Assembly: GCA_963807605.1 (NCBI GenBank) | Contig: CAWECG010000003.1 | Location: 992,001 to 1,056,000, forward strand | Direction of reading: 5' to 3' | DNA length: 64,000 bases | Source of the DNA: Candidatus Bathyarchaeota archaeon | GTDB taxonomy: Archaea; Thermoproteota; Bathyarchaeia; 40CM-2-53-6; RBG-13-38-9 | Shown: positions 50,005-59,982 of the stretch, one piece after another | How positions within the stretch are numbered: position 1 is the stretch's first letter | Layout of the letters: the number at the start of each line of letters is the position of its first letter | Made by a program: the position numbers and the translations under genes | Notes under the pieces: generated by a model | The model's input: only the letters and a program-made list of their open reading frames with translations | Database searches by the model: none | Told to the model about the DNA's origin: nothing

Positions 50005-51544
50005 ATGGACCTGAACCAAGTCTATATCACCTCGAGCGACGTCAGAAGGCTAGACCTCAACTCTGAATATTTGGGTATATCTCCACTCCAGCTCATGGAG
50101 AACGCTGGTCGAGCTGTGGCGACGGAAGTCGCCTCAAGATTGAAGCCCAGAATCTAAAATCATCGTCTTGGCAGGCACTGGCAGAAATGGCGGGGACGGC
50201 ATGGTTGCAGCAAGACATCTTGCTTCGATGGGTTATGAAGTCGTTCTATACCTTATTGGCTCTGAATCAAATATCAAGGATGATATTGTCACCACAAACT
50301 GGAAGGCTCTGAGAGCGATGTCCTCCAGCGTAAAGACTCAGGTGCTCACAGACTCATCATATCTACAGCCCTTCAGTGCAGACATCATAATAGACGCGTT
50401 GCTGGGTGTCGGTTCCAAGGGCACTTTAAGACAACCAATTCTTGAAACTGTGAGAATGTTGAACCGTTCGGAAGTATTTGTCATTTCGATTGATGTGCCA
50501 ACAGGCATTGACTCTGACGATGGCGGGGTCTTGGGGGAGGCGGTGAGAGCCAAACTCACAGTCACTTTTCACGCCCCAAAAACCGGCTTCACGAAAGCGC
50601 AGAAATATTTCGGCGAGGTCAAAGTTGCATCAATAGGCATTCCGCCTGAAGCTGAACTGTATACCGGACCCGGTGATGTAGATGTTGTTCTGAAAAAAAG
50701 ACCATCACAGTCCAAGAAAGGCGATTTTGGACGGGTCTTGGTGATCGGTGGCAACAAAACCTACAGTGGCGCTCCGGCCCTTGTCGCTATGGCTGCCCTC
50801 CGCGCTGGGACGGATCTGGTCTATGTAGCAGCGCCAGAAGAGACTGCTGAAGCCATCTCTTCTATGTCACCAAACATGATTACAATCAAGTTGAGTGGCG
50901 AACACGTCAAGCCTACCGATCTGGGACAACTTGAGACCTTCTTGGATAGAGTAACTGCAGTGGCTGTCGGCCCAGGAATGGGCCTGCACAGAGAATCATT
51001 CGAAGCGGTTGGAAGGCTTTTGCAGCAGCTTGAAGCACTCAAGAAGCCAACGTTGATAGACGCTGATGCGCTGAAGGCTCTTGGAGCTTCTAGGAGCCGT
51101 CTTGTCTTTCCAGCTGTCATTACGCCACATGCAGGTGAGTTCGAAGCAGTCTCAGGAAATAGAGTCTCTGCGGAGCTAAACGAAAGAGTTGAGGATGTGA
51201 AGGCACTGGCCAAGGAGATAAATGCAGTCGTCTTGCTGAAAGGGAGAGTTGACGTGATCTCAGACGGATTCAAGGTTAAGCTCAACTGGACAGGTAATCC
51301 GGGGATGACTGTAGGTGGAACGGGGGATGTCCTCTCAGGGGTTGCTGTCTCTCTAATGGCTCAAGGTTGCGGATCTTTCGAGGCCGCAGCCGCGGCGGCC
51401 TTCATAAATGGTGCGGCTGGCGACTTCGTCTACAAGGAGAAGGGATTTCACATCTTGCCCACAGATCTGATAGACCAGATACCCAAGGTGATGATTAACC
51501 CGATGAGTCACAGAGATGCAAAATTCCTTGGAAACCAAGTCTGA
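50005..51544 (+). CDS. nnr: bifunctional NAD(P)H-hydrate epimerase/dehydratase, single frameshift near 50147 (likely assembly error)
   Basis: LMENAG / G.NGGDG, DA.LG.G, D.PTG; KGDFG, GPG.G, DADAL, TPH.GEF, GGTGDVL. Removing one C from AAGCCCAG restores KPESKIIVLAG. Confidence 0.88.
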
Positions 51545-52085
51545 AAGGTTAAGAATTCTTGTCTACGTCATGGAGCAAGACGACCCCAGGAAATGCACCT
51601 CTGCGAAACTCGCAAGGATGAATTTGGCGAGGAGAATACGTTTTAGATCGATGATCCCCCGAAGAGCGGTTGTTCTAAATCCATCAGCTGCCACGGTACT
51701 CTTGCCCTCAGACCGAAAAGACATTGTGAATGGAGGTCTGGTGGCCATCGATTGTTCATGGAACAAAGCGGACATAGTTTTTGACAAGAGATTTCCTGGG
51801 CTGAATCGTCGACTTCCCCTCCTTCTGGCAGGAAATCCTGTTAGCTACGGTATAATCGGCAGGCTTAGTTCAGCAGAGGCACTGGCCGCAAGCCTGATGA
51901 TCACGCACTTTGTTGAGGAGGGGAGGAAAATAATGGGGTTCTTCAAGTGGGGTCGGACCTTCCTGACGCTAAACCACGATCCTCTAGAGGATTATGGTAA
52001 TGCAAAGGATTTGAACGAGATCTTGGAAACTGAGAGATCTTACTTCAACGGCCGGAGGACTGCCGAGCTAAGTAATGATAACTGA
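51516..52085 (+). CDS. tsr3: 16S rRNA aminocarboxypropyltransferase (DUF367/Tsr3)
   Basis: QDDP.KCT, DCSW, R.LP.L.A.NP..YG..LSSAEA, FKWG.TF..LN. Confidence 0.92.
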   Translation: MQNSLETKSERLRILVYVMEQDDPRKCTSAKLARMNLARRIRFRSMIPRRAVVLNPSAATVLLPSDRKDIVNGGLVAIDCSWNKADIVFDKRFPGLNRRLPLLLAGNPVSYGIIGRLSSAEALAASLMITHFVEEGRKIMGFFKWGRTFLTLNHDPLEDYGNAKDLNEILETERSYFNGRRTAELSNDN

Positions 52086-52116
52086 GCCCGGCAGACGCTT
52101 CCAAATTCTGGGCCTG

Positions 52117-52413
52117 CTACGCGCCGCAACCTTGTTCCAAGATTGAGATCACGTCACCCTCCTTGAGTTCCTTGTTAAGGCCGTTTACAGAAGCCGTATT
52201 TGTTTCCGTGATCCGTGCAGTCTCTAGATTGTTTATTACAAGGATGACTGGGACCACTTTTCCCTTCTCGTCGTAGAGTATTTCCTTGACAGGGTAGTCC
52301 GTGGCAAGTTGTTCAAGTAGATCGGTAATCCTGTTCCCTTTGAGGTTTACTTCAACTCTATCTTTGCCGGTTGCCATACGAAGGCGACCGAACAGTTTCG
52401 CAGTTACGAGCAT
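52117..52413 (-). CDS. MoaD/ThiS/SAMP ubiquitin-like protein, C-terminus GCGA
   Basis: KLFG.LR..TG, LLE.L, GL...LKEGD.ISI. Confidence 0.8.
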   Translation of the reverse strand: MLVTAKLFGRLRMATGKDRVEVNLKGNRITDLLEQLATDYPVKEILYDEKGKVVPVILVINNLETARITETNTASVNGLNKELKEGDVISILEQGCGA

Positions 52414-52745
52414 AACCAGAATCTGTGGCAGACATTGATAAAGGTGTGGCGATCATATCCTGCTCCAATATCTTTCGTTGAGATATTCTTGATCGCAAAA
52501 ACCGCGCCTCAAATACCTATTAACTTAGAAATACTGAGCTAGCTAGTTCACTTTCCCTACAGTTTGTATTAGAATGGGGGATTTCAGTCGATCTCGAATA
52601 CCTCTCTGCGACATCCTTGTTGTACTAATGAAGTCAAGATAGTGGTTCCCACACATTCGATGCGTGATAGTCATGAGAGTTCTTTCCGTAGCCGCATCCT
52701 AGGTCTCAAGAAATTGCTTGGTGAACCAATCTACGCCGTGCTATC

Positions 52746-53279
52746 TCAGTACTCTATTCCTTTTCTTGATCTGACGCCTCTTCTGTATGGATGCTTCTTC
52801 TCCACTATTTCACTGACATAGTCAGCGACCTGTTCAAGTTCTGACGGTGAGTCTCTGCCTGTGATTACTAGCTCCAGACCTCTAGGCTTATCGTTTACAA
52901 GTTTGATAACCTCATCCAACGTCACCAAGCCTAGATTGATTGCATGAGTCAACTCATCGAGAATTACCAGGTCGTACTTCTTACTCTTGGTAGCTTGCTT
53001 TGCGTGTTGCAGCGCTTCTTGGGCTTCTTCAATATCTATCTGAGTAGGTTTTCCCCTGATCAGCTCTTTTCGGCCGTAGGCGGTTATTTCTAGGCCAGGA
53101 ACACGTCTGGCCGAATATTTTTCGCCGTACCGATATCGCCCCTTCAGGAACATTATCACGCAAACCCGCATTCCGTGTCCTGCTGCTCTGAGGGCTAGCC
53201 CCAAAGCTGCTGTTGTCTTGCCCTTCCCGTTGCCCGTGTAGACATGTACTAGCCCCTGTTTGCTTGCGGTTCTGCTCAC
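52746..53279 (-). CDS. cobO: cob(I)alamin adenosyltransferase (CobA/CobO/BtuR)
   Basis: VYTGNGKGKTTAA.G, ILDE, TGR, KHPY..G..RKGIEY. Confidence 0.93.
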   Translation of the reverse strand: MSRTASKQGLVHVYTGNGKGKTTAALGLALRAAGHGMRVCVIMFLKGRYRYGEKYSARRVPGLEITAYGRKELIRGKPTQIDIEEAQEALQHAKQATKSKKYDLVILDELTHAINLGLVTLDEVIKLVNDKPRGLELVITGRDSPSELEQVADYVSEIVEKKHPYRRGVRSRKGIEY

Positions 53280-53314
53280 TTAATCTCACATCAATTTCAG
53301 ACTGTTTCCGTCTT

Positions 53315-53941
53315 CTAGTCACAAGCTAGATCAAGTTTTCCGCGTGTAAGATTGGCTGAGGCGGAGCCAACATAATCTGTGAAGTTGCAGAAAGGTTCTG
53401 TTTCTTTTAAGATCCTGATCATATCGAGGCCATTCTCAGCATCAAAGTCTTCAATAAAGTGTTTTCCAACTTCTTGAAACTGGTAAGTGGAAACATAGTA
53501 CGCTCTACCCGGTTGGGCTTCCAATTTCTTCACGTTCAGGCCCTTCTCACTGATCAGCCCAAGGATAAGCCCATTTTCACCTACTGCTCCTACTATCCTA
53601 GGGGTCTTCTTTTCATCCTTCTCGTATCCTAGGACTTCAAGGATAGCCGAGACTTGTCTCTCAAGATCGATTTCACTAGACACCATAGTCTCAACGTAGT
53701 CGGTGTGAGTTCCATTCCCTACAAGTAGTACTGTCCTCTTCGCCATTCTGATTATTTTGATGCAATTATAGAAGAGATGTGGTGGATAGGACATAGCTGA
53801 ACTGCTTCTTTGTACCACCTTTGCGGTTGTCTCCCTAATATCGATCATCCTATCAGCAAATGATTGACTCGACAACAGGTAAGCTGCTACGAGTGTTCCA
53901 GTCTTTGTGACGCCTACAAGACAAAGTCTTCCTACGTACGA
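53315..53941 (-). CDS. purO: archaeal IMP cyclohydrolase (start non-canonical or damaged)
   Basis: Extended frame YVGRLCLVG...AAY..SSQSF.DR; YNCI; NG.HTD; YEKD...TPRI.G. Confidence 0.85.
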   Translation of the reverse strand, partial: SYVGRLCLVGVTKTGTLVAAYLLSSQSFADRMIDIRETTAKVVQRSSSAMSYPPHLFYNCIKIIRMAKRTVLLVGNGTHTDYVETMVSSEIDLERQVSAILEVLGYEKDEKKTPRIVGAVGENGLILGLISEKGLNVKKLEAQPGRAYYVSTYQFQEVGKHFIEDFDAENGLDMIRILKETEPFCNFTDYVGSASANLTRGKLDLACD

Positions 53942-54032
53942 TTGTGGACACCTCAGTGCAGTGATTCGGAGTCAGTCGTGTAGAATTGTCCAAAAAGTCT
54001 TAATAAGTCTAAGAGATGCTGACGAATAGGAC

Positions 54033-54153
54033 GGGCCGGTAGCTCAGCTTGGTTACGTTGCTGGAAGCAACATCGAGGAGCACACGGCTGATAAGCAGAT
54101 TCGATTACGAAGAAACCGTGGGGTCATGGGTTCAAATCCCACCCGGCCCACCA
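54033..54153 (+). tRNA. tRNA-Ile(GAT) with two introns (54056-54077 at 21/22; 54094-54114 at 37/38)
   Basis: Spliced 78 nt: GGGCCGGTAGCTCAGCTTGGTTAGAGCACACGGCTGATAACCGTGGGGTCATGGGTTCAAATCCCACCCGGCCCACCA. Confidence 0.88.
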
Positions 54154-54235
54154 GTATTCTGCAGACAGAGGGTGTGTCCCCGCAAATAGGCGCGCCGCAG
54201 TAGAGTGTTGCCACGATTGGACTCGCAGTACCCTA

Positions 54236-55450
54236 TTATAATAGATGTCTCTCCAGCCAACTGCCAGTGTTTCTACCATAGCCCGTAGCAATGGTGACTA
54301 TCATTATAAGGATCGCCAGAGCTGTGATGATAAAATAGATTGTGGAATAATCCTCTTGCCAGTTGGCAGTTATTGTCTTTGGAGAATCCATAAGTACCTG
54401 GGCAATATTGTCAGCTGAAATTATCCCACCTGACCATCCGCCAAAGACTCTTTTTCCACCTAGGACTCCCAGGAGACCTGGCAGGGGCAGTTCTTTCTCT
54501 ATGCGTATCTGCGTGGTTGAACCCTCCTTATACCAGCCACTACCCGAAGGACTCCCATACGCAGATAAGAGTTGCAAGTAATATTCCCTATGATACTCGG
54601 CCTTAGCCTCGACAGGAGAATTGAGGACAACACTCACGCTTGACTCCTTGCTGACAGAGTCTGAAACAATCCACGAATCAAAAACATCTCTAACCCCTTG
54701 GGTAACTTGTACCATTTGTGGACAAGTCAGCAATATCGTGAAGCCCCTATCATACCACCCTGTATTCTTGGCTACGTCACCAGCTGGGGCTGATACAGAC
54801 AAAAAGTATTGAGTTGAATAGTAAAAGGTATGAGCCACCCTTTCCTCTCGTGTTGAGGGAGTGGACTTTCCGAGGTGCCACGAATTATCTTGGCAATAGA
54901 ATCTCAAGCCTTTTGAACTCTCTATGGAAGATTGGACAGAGAAGGTGTGGTCGACCAGAAGGTCCACCTCAATGGATACTGTTTCCCCTCCGAGTATCGA
55001 ATGAGTTGACGAATTGTCGACGCTTAAGTCTGCAGTGTACTGAGGTGGAACTCCATCTATGCTAATCGATACCTGAGTTGTTGGGAACCCGTATGTGGTT
55101 ATTGGTTGTAGATAGAAATTGATAGTTGTGTCAGAGCCATCCGATATGGCAACTGTCTGAGATTGGAAATAATCGAGTGTGACTGTTGAAAGCATTGCAG
55201 TCATGTTGTAGGTTCCGGCTGGAAGATAGGCGAAATAATAGCCAGCAGAGTCTGTTCTTATAGTGGTTTCGAAGAATTCACTTCGCACTATTATTGTTGT
55301 AAAGCCCGCCGGCACATAATCTCCTAGATAATCCCTAGCGAAGACTTGGCCCCTGACAGCGCCTCCTTGACCTTCAGTTGAAGGAATTATGAATGCCAAT
55401 GCAAGGACAAGTAGAAAAAGTGAAGATACTACGGACCTGTTGAGTAACAA
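54236..55450 (-). CDS. secreted/membrane-anchored surface protein with beta-sandwich repeats
   Basis: Signal peptide; TD..G.Y...LPAGTY; two Y.L....GWY..G repeats; C-terminal TM. Confidence 0.75.
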   Translation of the reverse strand: MLLNRSVVSSLFLLVLALAFIIPSTEGQGGAVRGQVFARDYLGDYVPAGFTTIIVRSEFFETTIRTDSAGYYFAYLPAGTYNMTAMLSTVTLDYFQSQTVAISDGSDTTINFYLQPITTYGFPTTQVSISIDGVPPQYTADLSVDNSSTHSILGGETVSIEVDLLVDHTFSVQSSIESSKGLRFYCQDNSWHLGKSTPSTREERVAHTFYYSTQYFLSVSAPAGDVAKNTGWYDRGFTILLTCPQMVQVTQGVRDVFDSWIVSDSVSKESSVSVVLNSPVEAKAEYHREYYLQLLSAYGSPSGSGWYKEGSTTQIRIEKELPLPGLLGVLGGKRVFGGWSGGIISADNIAQVLMDSPKTITANWQEDYSTIYFIITALAILIMIVTIATGYGRNTGSWLERHLL

Positions 55451-55554
55451 CCTCTATCGAACATGAATAATATTCGGCCCCTAATATTCATCATCTTAAG
55501 CGCCATAATAATCAGGTTATTCATTCCAATCGGACGTGATTTAGGGGTGTCCTC

Positions 55555-56481
55555 TTAGAGGAGCCTTGCACCTTCAAAATCGATCTTTGTCGAGAACAAC
55601 TTAACTCCTCGAAATTGGCCTCTCAACACTTCAAGAACATGACCGGTCAGGTCTTCCTCAACTACAGCATGGAAGGCCTCCCCTAGCATGTTCTGAGTAG
55701 CTCCTATCGCACCAGCACTCTTGGCAGCGGCAATAAGCATCTTGATTTGTTCTGTCATGAAGCCGACCTTCAGGGCAAACTCCTCTGACCGCTGAAGGAA
55801 GTTATTCAAATTAGGTTCGGATAGAATTAGTCTCATTGTTCTGCCACCTACTCGACCAATTCTCTGAGTGGTGATTGCAGAATCTAAAACACTACGTTTT
55901 GATATTGGTCCATAAGATCCTGAGATGATTCTATAAGAGGATTTGAGCGGGATGCGATCGATCCTGCATAGGCCAGGAGGTCCTCCTTCTCTCTGTATTA
56001 CACAACCTCCAACCATTAGCGGACCTACAGTTCCCAGACCGGTTTCCTGTCTTATCTCCGCAGCATGGGCGAAGAATCCAGCTTGATCAAATGTCATCCC
56101 AAGATCAAGCAGTTCATTCAGCGCAAGCGCTGTTGATAGTGCGCCTGCGGCGCTAGTTCCGTATCCAGCCCCTACTGGAATCTCTATCTGGTGCTCAACC
56201 TTTAAGGCAAATCTGCCCTCAGACCGCTTCAATAGCAGTTCCGCTACAGTCTCCGTTGTGTAAGCATCAAGTGTAGGCCTGCCATTTATGAAGACCGCTA
56301 CACTGTTCTTTCTCGCCCGTCGGGCTGCTACAGACGTTGTTGTTCCTCTTCTGGTTGTTAAGCCGCCCCCCCGAGCTGCCATTCGAATATCTGTTAAGGA
56401 TGGATCTACCGTTTTCTTTAGCATATAGGGCTGGAAGAAGCTTGTAATTCCGCCAGGGCTGAAGGCCGTCACAGGAACCAT
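55555..56481 (-). CDS. pok: pantoate kinase (GHMP family)
   Basis: AFSPGGITSFF, PVGAGYGTSA, AH.AE...TGLGTV, GG..R..GG.PG, Q.MLG. Confidence 0.88.
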   Translation of the reverse strand: MVPVTAFSPGGITSFFQPYMLKKTVDPSLTDIRMAARGGGLTTRRGTTTSVAARRARKNSVAVFINGRPTLDAYTTETVAELLLKRSEGRFALKVEHQIEIPVGAGYGTSAAGALSTALALNELLDLGMTFDQAGFFAHAAEIRQETGLGTVGPLMVGGCVIQREGGPPGLCRIDRIPLKSSYRIISGSYGPISKRSVLDSAITTQRIGRVGGRTMRLILSEPNLNNFLQRSEEFALKVGFMTEQIKMLIAAAKSAGAIGATQNMLGEAFHAVVEEDLTGHVLEVLRGQFRGVKLFSTKIDFEGARLL

Positions 56482-56641
56482 GGGAGTCACATTCTGGCCG
56501 ACAAACAAAATGGCGAAGGGGCTTATCAGTCTTGGTACAAAGCTATGTACTCCTATGCCGGCATTATTAGACAACAAATTTTTCCCAAAAGCGTTTTATT
56601 TAAGGTCTACACAGATCGACGCGTTAAGGAACAGGTAGTCT

Positions 56642-57142
56642 ATGGTTTCAGTCACCTTTGCTGGTAAAGTTCTCTTAATGGTCGGAGGAGCCGCCCTCAT
56701 AGCAGTGGGAATGATAATGTTTCTCATTACTTACTGGTGGTGGGGCAACTTCTTTAGCAGCAGTCTTGTTCTCCTCCTGTTTGTCCCTATGGGAATGTTG
56801 CTGCTGTTTACCACATTAATAGTCGGTACGAAACCTAGCAAGCCAAAATATCCGCCTGGCTATGCCCAGTATTATCAGCAGTACAATGTGCCGGGTCAGG
56901 CTCCGGGTCAGTATCCGGGTCAGGCTCAGTATCCTCCTCCACCGCAAGATTTTGAGTCCCAACAGAAACTATACAAGCAGATATATGACCAAGCCTATCA
57001 GTTTGCATACCAGCAGGGTTACCAGGTGGGACTGCAGAAAGGTATTGAGCAGCTTTACAGGGGCCAGCGTCAACCCTACCAGCAGCCCTTCCAGCAACCA
57101 TTTCAACAGCCCTATCAGCAGTATTACCAGTATCCCATGTAA
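56642..57142 (+). CDS. two-TM membrane protein with Q/Y/P-rich low-complexity tail
   Basis: Two hydrophobic helices then PGQAPGQYPGQ...QPYQQPFQQPFQQPYQQ. Confidence 0.75.
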   Translation: MVSVTFAGKVLLMVGGAALIAVGMIMFLITYWWWGNFFSSSLVLLLFVPMGMLLLFTTLIVGTKPSKPKYPPGYAQYYQQYNVPGQAPGQYPGQAQYPPPPQDFESQQKLYKQIYDQAYQFAYQQGYQVGLQKGIEQLYRGQRQPYQQPFQQPFQQPYQQYYQYPM

Positions 57143-57166
57143 CTGGTGTCGTGAACATCAACGCAG

Positions 57167-58051
57167 TCAGTATCTAAAGATCTCTTTCATCAAGTTAGTG
57201 GTAACTAAATCCGCGACGAGTTCAACCTTGGCGAAGGTGTCATGAGTAGACATCTGGGTTATTGCCCAAGAAACTCCGACGAGCCTTCTTCTCAACTCTG
57301 TAGAAAGGTAGTCTAGTTCTCTGTCTACGGGACTGTCCTCGGTATTCCTCCAACTCTGATGATCTAAAGTTGCTGCGACGCATGCAAGATCTTTGAACCT
57401 CGCTGCGAGACAGAGAAGCATCTTAGCCGGGTCTCTTTTTGAGAGATTCCAAGCCTCCAGGTCATCCTTCTCCGTCTTCAGAACATGAAGTGAATAAGCG
57501 ATTTGATCGTCGATGTATTTGTGGTCCAGAAGAAGTCTCGTAACCTCATAGTCTTTTACACCCATGGAGATTAGGTAGAGAATATCAATAATGAATGTCC
57601 TCGGGAGGCTGTACTTCTCCGAGGCCTCAAACAAAGATCTTGGGACGGCAAAAACATAGTATTCAAGTGAGCCATGCAAGACTGAATGAGCGACCTCATG
57701 TCTTATGATAGCTCCTATAAGGAGAGGATTCAGTCTCTGTAATCTCTCGTAGCATATCAGAATTCTAGGGATCCCCGTCCACGCCTCATGAGTCGCTACG
57801 AAATCTGCCTCCAGCCCGGATGAATAAGCCCCAACAAGATATTTTTCTCTTAAGGAAAATGCCTCCATCCTGGAAGAATTCTCGAATAGAATGACATCGA
57901 CAATTTCCAGACTGTGGGGACTAAGTCGTCGATAGCAATCTTCCATTACAGTCTGGATTTCGATTACCGCTTCATCGGGTATTCTTCCAAACTTCTGAAG
58001 GATAATCTCCAAGGATCGTAACCTTGCAGAGCTAATATGTTCCGTTCTCAT
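57167..58051 (-). CDS. hypothetical protein with HExxH motif
   Basis: 294-aa ORF; H.AW.G.PRI, RHEVAHSVLHG, KDYEV. Confidence 0.7.
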   Translation of the reverse strand: MRTEHISSARLRSLEIILQKFGRIPDEAVIEIQTVMEDCYRRLSPHSLEIVDVILFENSSRMEAFSLREKYLVGAYSSGLEADFVATHEAWTGIPRILICYERLQRLNPLLIGAIIRHEVAHSVLHGSLEYYVFAVPRSLFEASEKYSLPRTFIIDILYLISMGVKDYEVTRLLLDHKYIDDQIAYSLHVLKTEKDDLEAWNLSKRDPAKMLLCLAARFKDLACVAATLDHQSWRNTEDSPVDRELDYLSTELRRRLVGVSWAITQMSTHDTFAKVELVADLVTTNLMKEIFRY

Positions 58052-58353
58052 AAGATTTTGAATTCAAGGACTGGCGCCTCCAATTCAACATGCTTTTCTC
58101 ATTGCTCGGAAGAGATCCATAAAGAGTCAGCCGACTGCCACAGGCGATTCTTGTTTACTAGCGAGGAACCTTTTTAAACCGGATTCCCAAAAGAGTACGA
58201 ATCGTCAAATTGAGGGACACGGCTTGGGTGACCACCAAATTCCCTACTAATATAGTGAACAATCTTCAAAAGAAGGCCTCAGGCAGAACACATTCTGAAA
58301 CAGACGTGTACTCCGCCTCGATTCATGAAAGAATTCTTGCCAAGAAGACTCCA

Positions 58354-59952
58354 ATGCGATACGTTGAACTTTACGACACAACTCTCAGAGATGGAAATCA
58401 GGGAGTTGGGATAAACTTCACCGTAGAGGATAAACTCAAGATTGCAAGGCATCTCTCAGATTTTGGAGTAAAGATTATTGAAGGCGGCTGGCCTAGCGAG
58501 GTTAATCGTTCTGAGGCCGAATTTTTCAAACGCTTCAGCCACGAAGGACTTGACGCAACGATATCGGCTATCGGAGCAACACGGAAGCCAAATTCCAGAC
58601 CGCCGAGGGATCAAAACCTCAAGGACATACTCTCGGTTGAGGCCGACTACGTCACAATTGTGGGGAAATCTTGGAAACTTCATGTAGAGAAAGTCCTAGA
58701 CACGACTCTTGAAGAGAACCTCCGGATGATAACGGACTCGATAGAATATCTGAGCGAACAAGGTCGCAAAGTGATCTTCGACGCAGAACACTTCTTTGAC
58801 GGATTCAAGGCGGATCCAGAATATGCAATGCAGACCGTTATGGCTGCTATAGATGGTGGAGCGAAGACTGCCGTACTTTGCGATACACGCGGTAGTTCTA
58901 TCCCCGATGAGGTCCGCGAGATAACGCTCCAAATTTCAAAAGAAATAAGCGAGACAATAGGAATTCACGCCCATAATGATAGAGGCCTCGCCACAGCAAT
59001 CTCACTTTCTGCGGTAATGGCTGGTGCCAAACATTTCCAAGGCACTGTGAACGGAATCGGCGAGCGATGTGGAAACGCCAATCTCATAGAGTTCATAGCA
59101 AACCTCGAATTCAGCTTAGGCTACAAGACAGAACAAGATCTGACAAAACTAACTCAACTCTCAGACTACGTCAATGATATTGCCAACTTGGATCGTAACA
59201 GCTACATGCCGTTTGTCGGAAGGTATGCTTTCGCTCACAAAGCAGGTCTACACGGCCATGCTGTCTTGAGACTTGCCAAAGCATATGAGAGTATTGATCC
59301 GAGCCTTGTTGGAAATACCCGAATGATAACCGTCTCCAGTCAAGCGGGATTAGCAAATATAATCTCAAAAGCCCAAGAGTTCGGATTCAAACTCTACAAG
59401 GAGAATCCCAAAGCTAGAGCCATCCTCTTAAAGATCAAAGAGATGGAGGCCGCGGGTTACAATCTTGAGAACGCCAATGGAACCCTTAACCTCCTGTACG
59501 CTCGGGACTTTGGGGTCAACCTAGACTTCTTCGACCTAGTCAATTGGCGAGCCTTTGTAACGGGGGAGGATGGAAACGTCAGAGCAGAGAGTACAGTCAA
59601 GATGATTGTGGACGGAGAAACCATCATTACCGCTGGAGAGGGAAATGGGCCTGTCAACGCGTTTGACATGGCACTTCGAAAAGCCCTCCGGGTGTATTAT
59701 CCTGAACTCAAAGAAGTCAAGTTGACCGGATACCGAGTGAGAGAAATCAATGTTGAGAAAGGAACTGCCGCAGCAGTGAGGGTCTTCACAGAATTTGAAG
59801 CCGAAGGTATGCGTTGGTCAACAGTTGGAGTCTCAACGAACGTTCTCAAGGCAAGCGAAGAGGCCTTGATAGATGGGTACATTTACTTCCTATACAAATC
59901 TGAGAACGAAAGACCGAAGTCAGGAGAAAAGAAAAACTGCTCATACAAGTGA
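58354..59952 (+). CDS. cimA: citramalate synthase (DRE-TIM family); ORF open from 58210
   Basis: YDTTLRDG.Q, GKSW..HV, DAEHFFDG, H.HND, GERCGNA, AFAHK.G.H, GNGPVNA.D. Confidence 0.88.
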   Translation: MRYVELYDTTLRDGNQGVGINFTVEDKLKIARHLSDFGVKIIEGGWPSEVNRSEAEFFKRFSHEGLDATISAIGATRKPNSRPPRDQNLKDILSVEADYVTIVGKSWKLHVEKVLDTTLEENLRMITDSIEYLSEQGRKVIFDAEHFFDGFKADPEYAMQTVMAAIDGGAKTAVLCDTRGSSIPDEVREITLQISKEISETIGIHAHNDRGLATAISLSAVMAGAKHFQGTVNGIGERCGNANLIEFIANLEFSLGYKTEQDLTKLTQLSDYVNDIANLDRNSYMPFVGRYAFAHKAGLHGHAVLRLAKAYESIDPSLVGNTRMITVSSQAGLANIISKAQEFGFKLYKENPKARAILLKIKEMEAAGYNLENANGTLNLLYARDFGVNLDFFDLVNWRAFVTGEDGNVRAESTVKMIVDGETIITAGEGNGPVNAFDMALRKALRVYYPELKEVKLTGYRVREINVEKGTAAAVRVFTEFEAEGMRWSTVGVSTNVLKASEEALIDGYIYFLYKSENERPKSGEKKNCSYK

Positions 59953-59982
59953 GTGGTCTCAGTCCGCTACGAGAGTTTCACG

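Noticed and set aside
5805-59882. Numerous short antisense or overlapping ORFs in the track
   Set aside because: They lie opposite or within well-supported genes and have no motifs.
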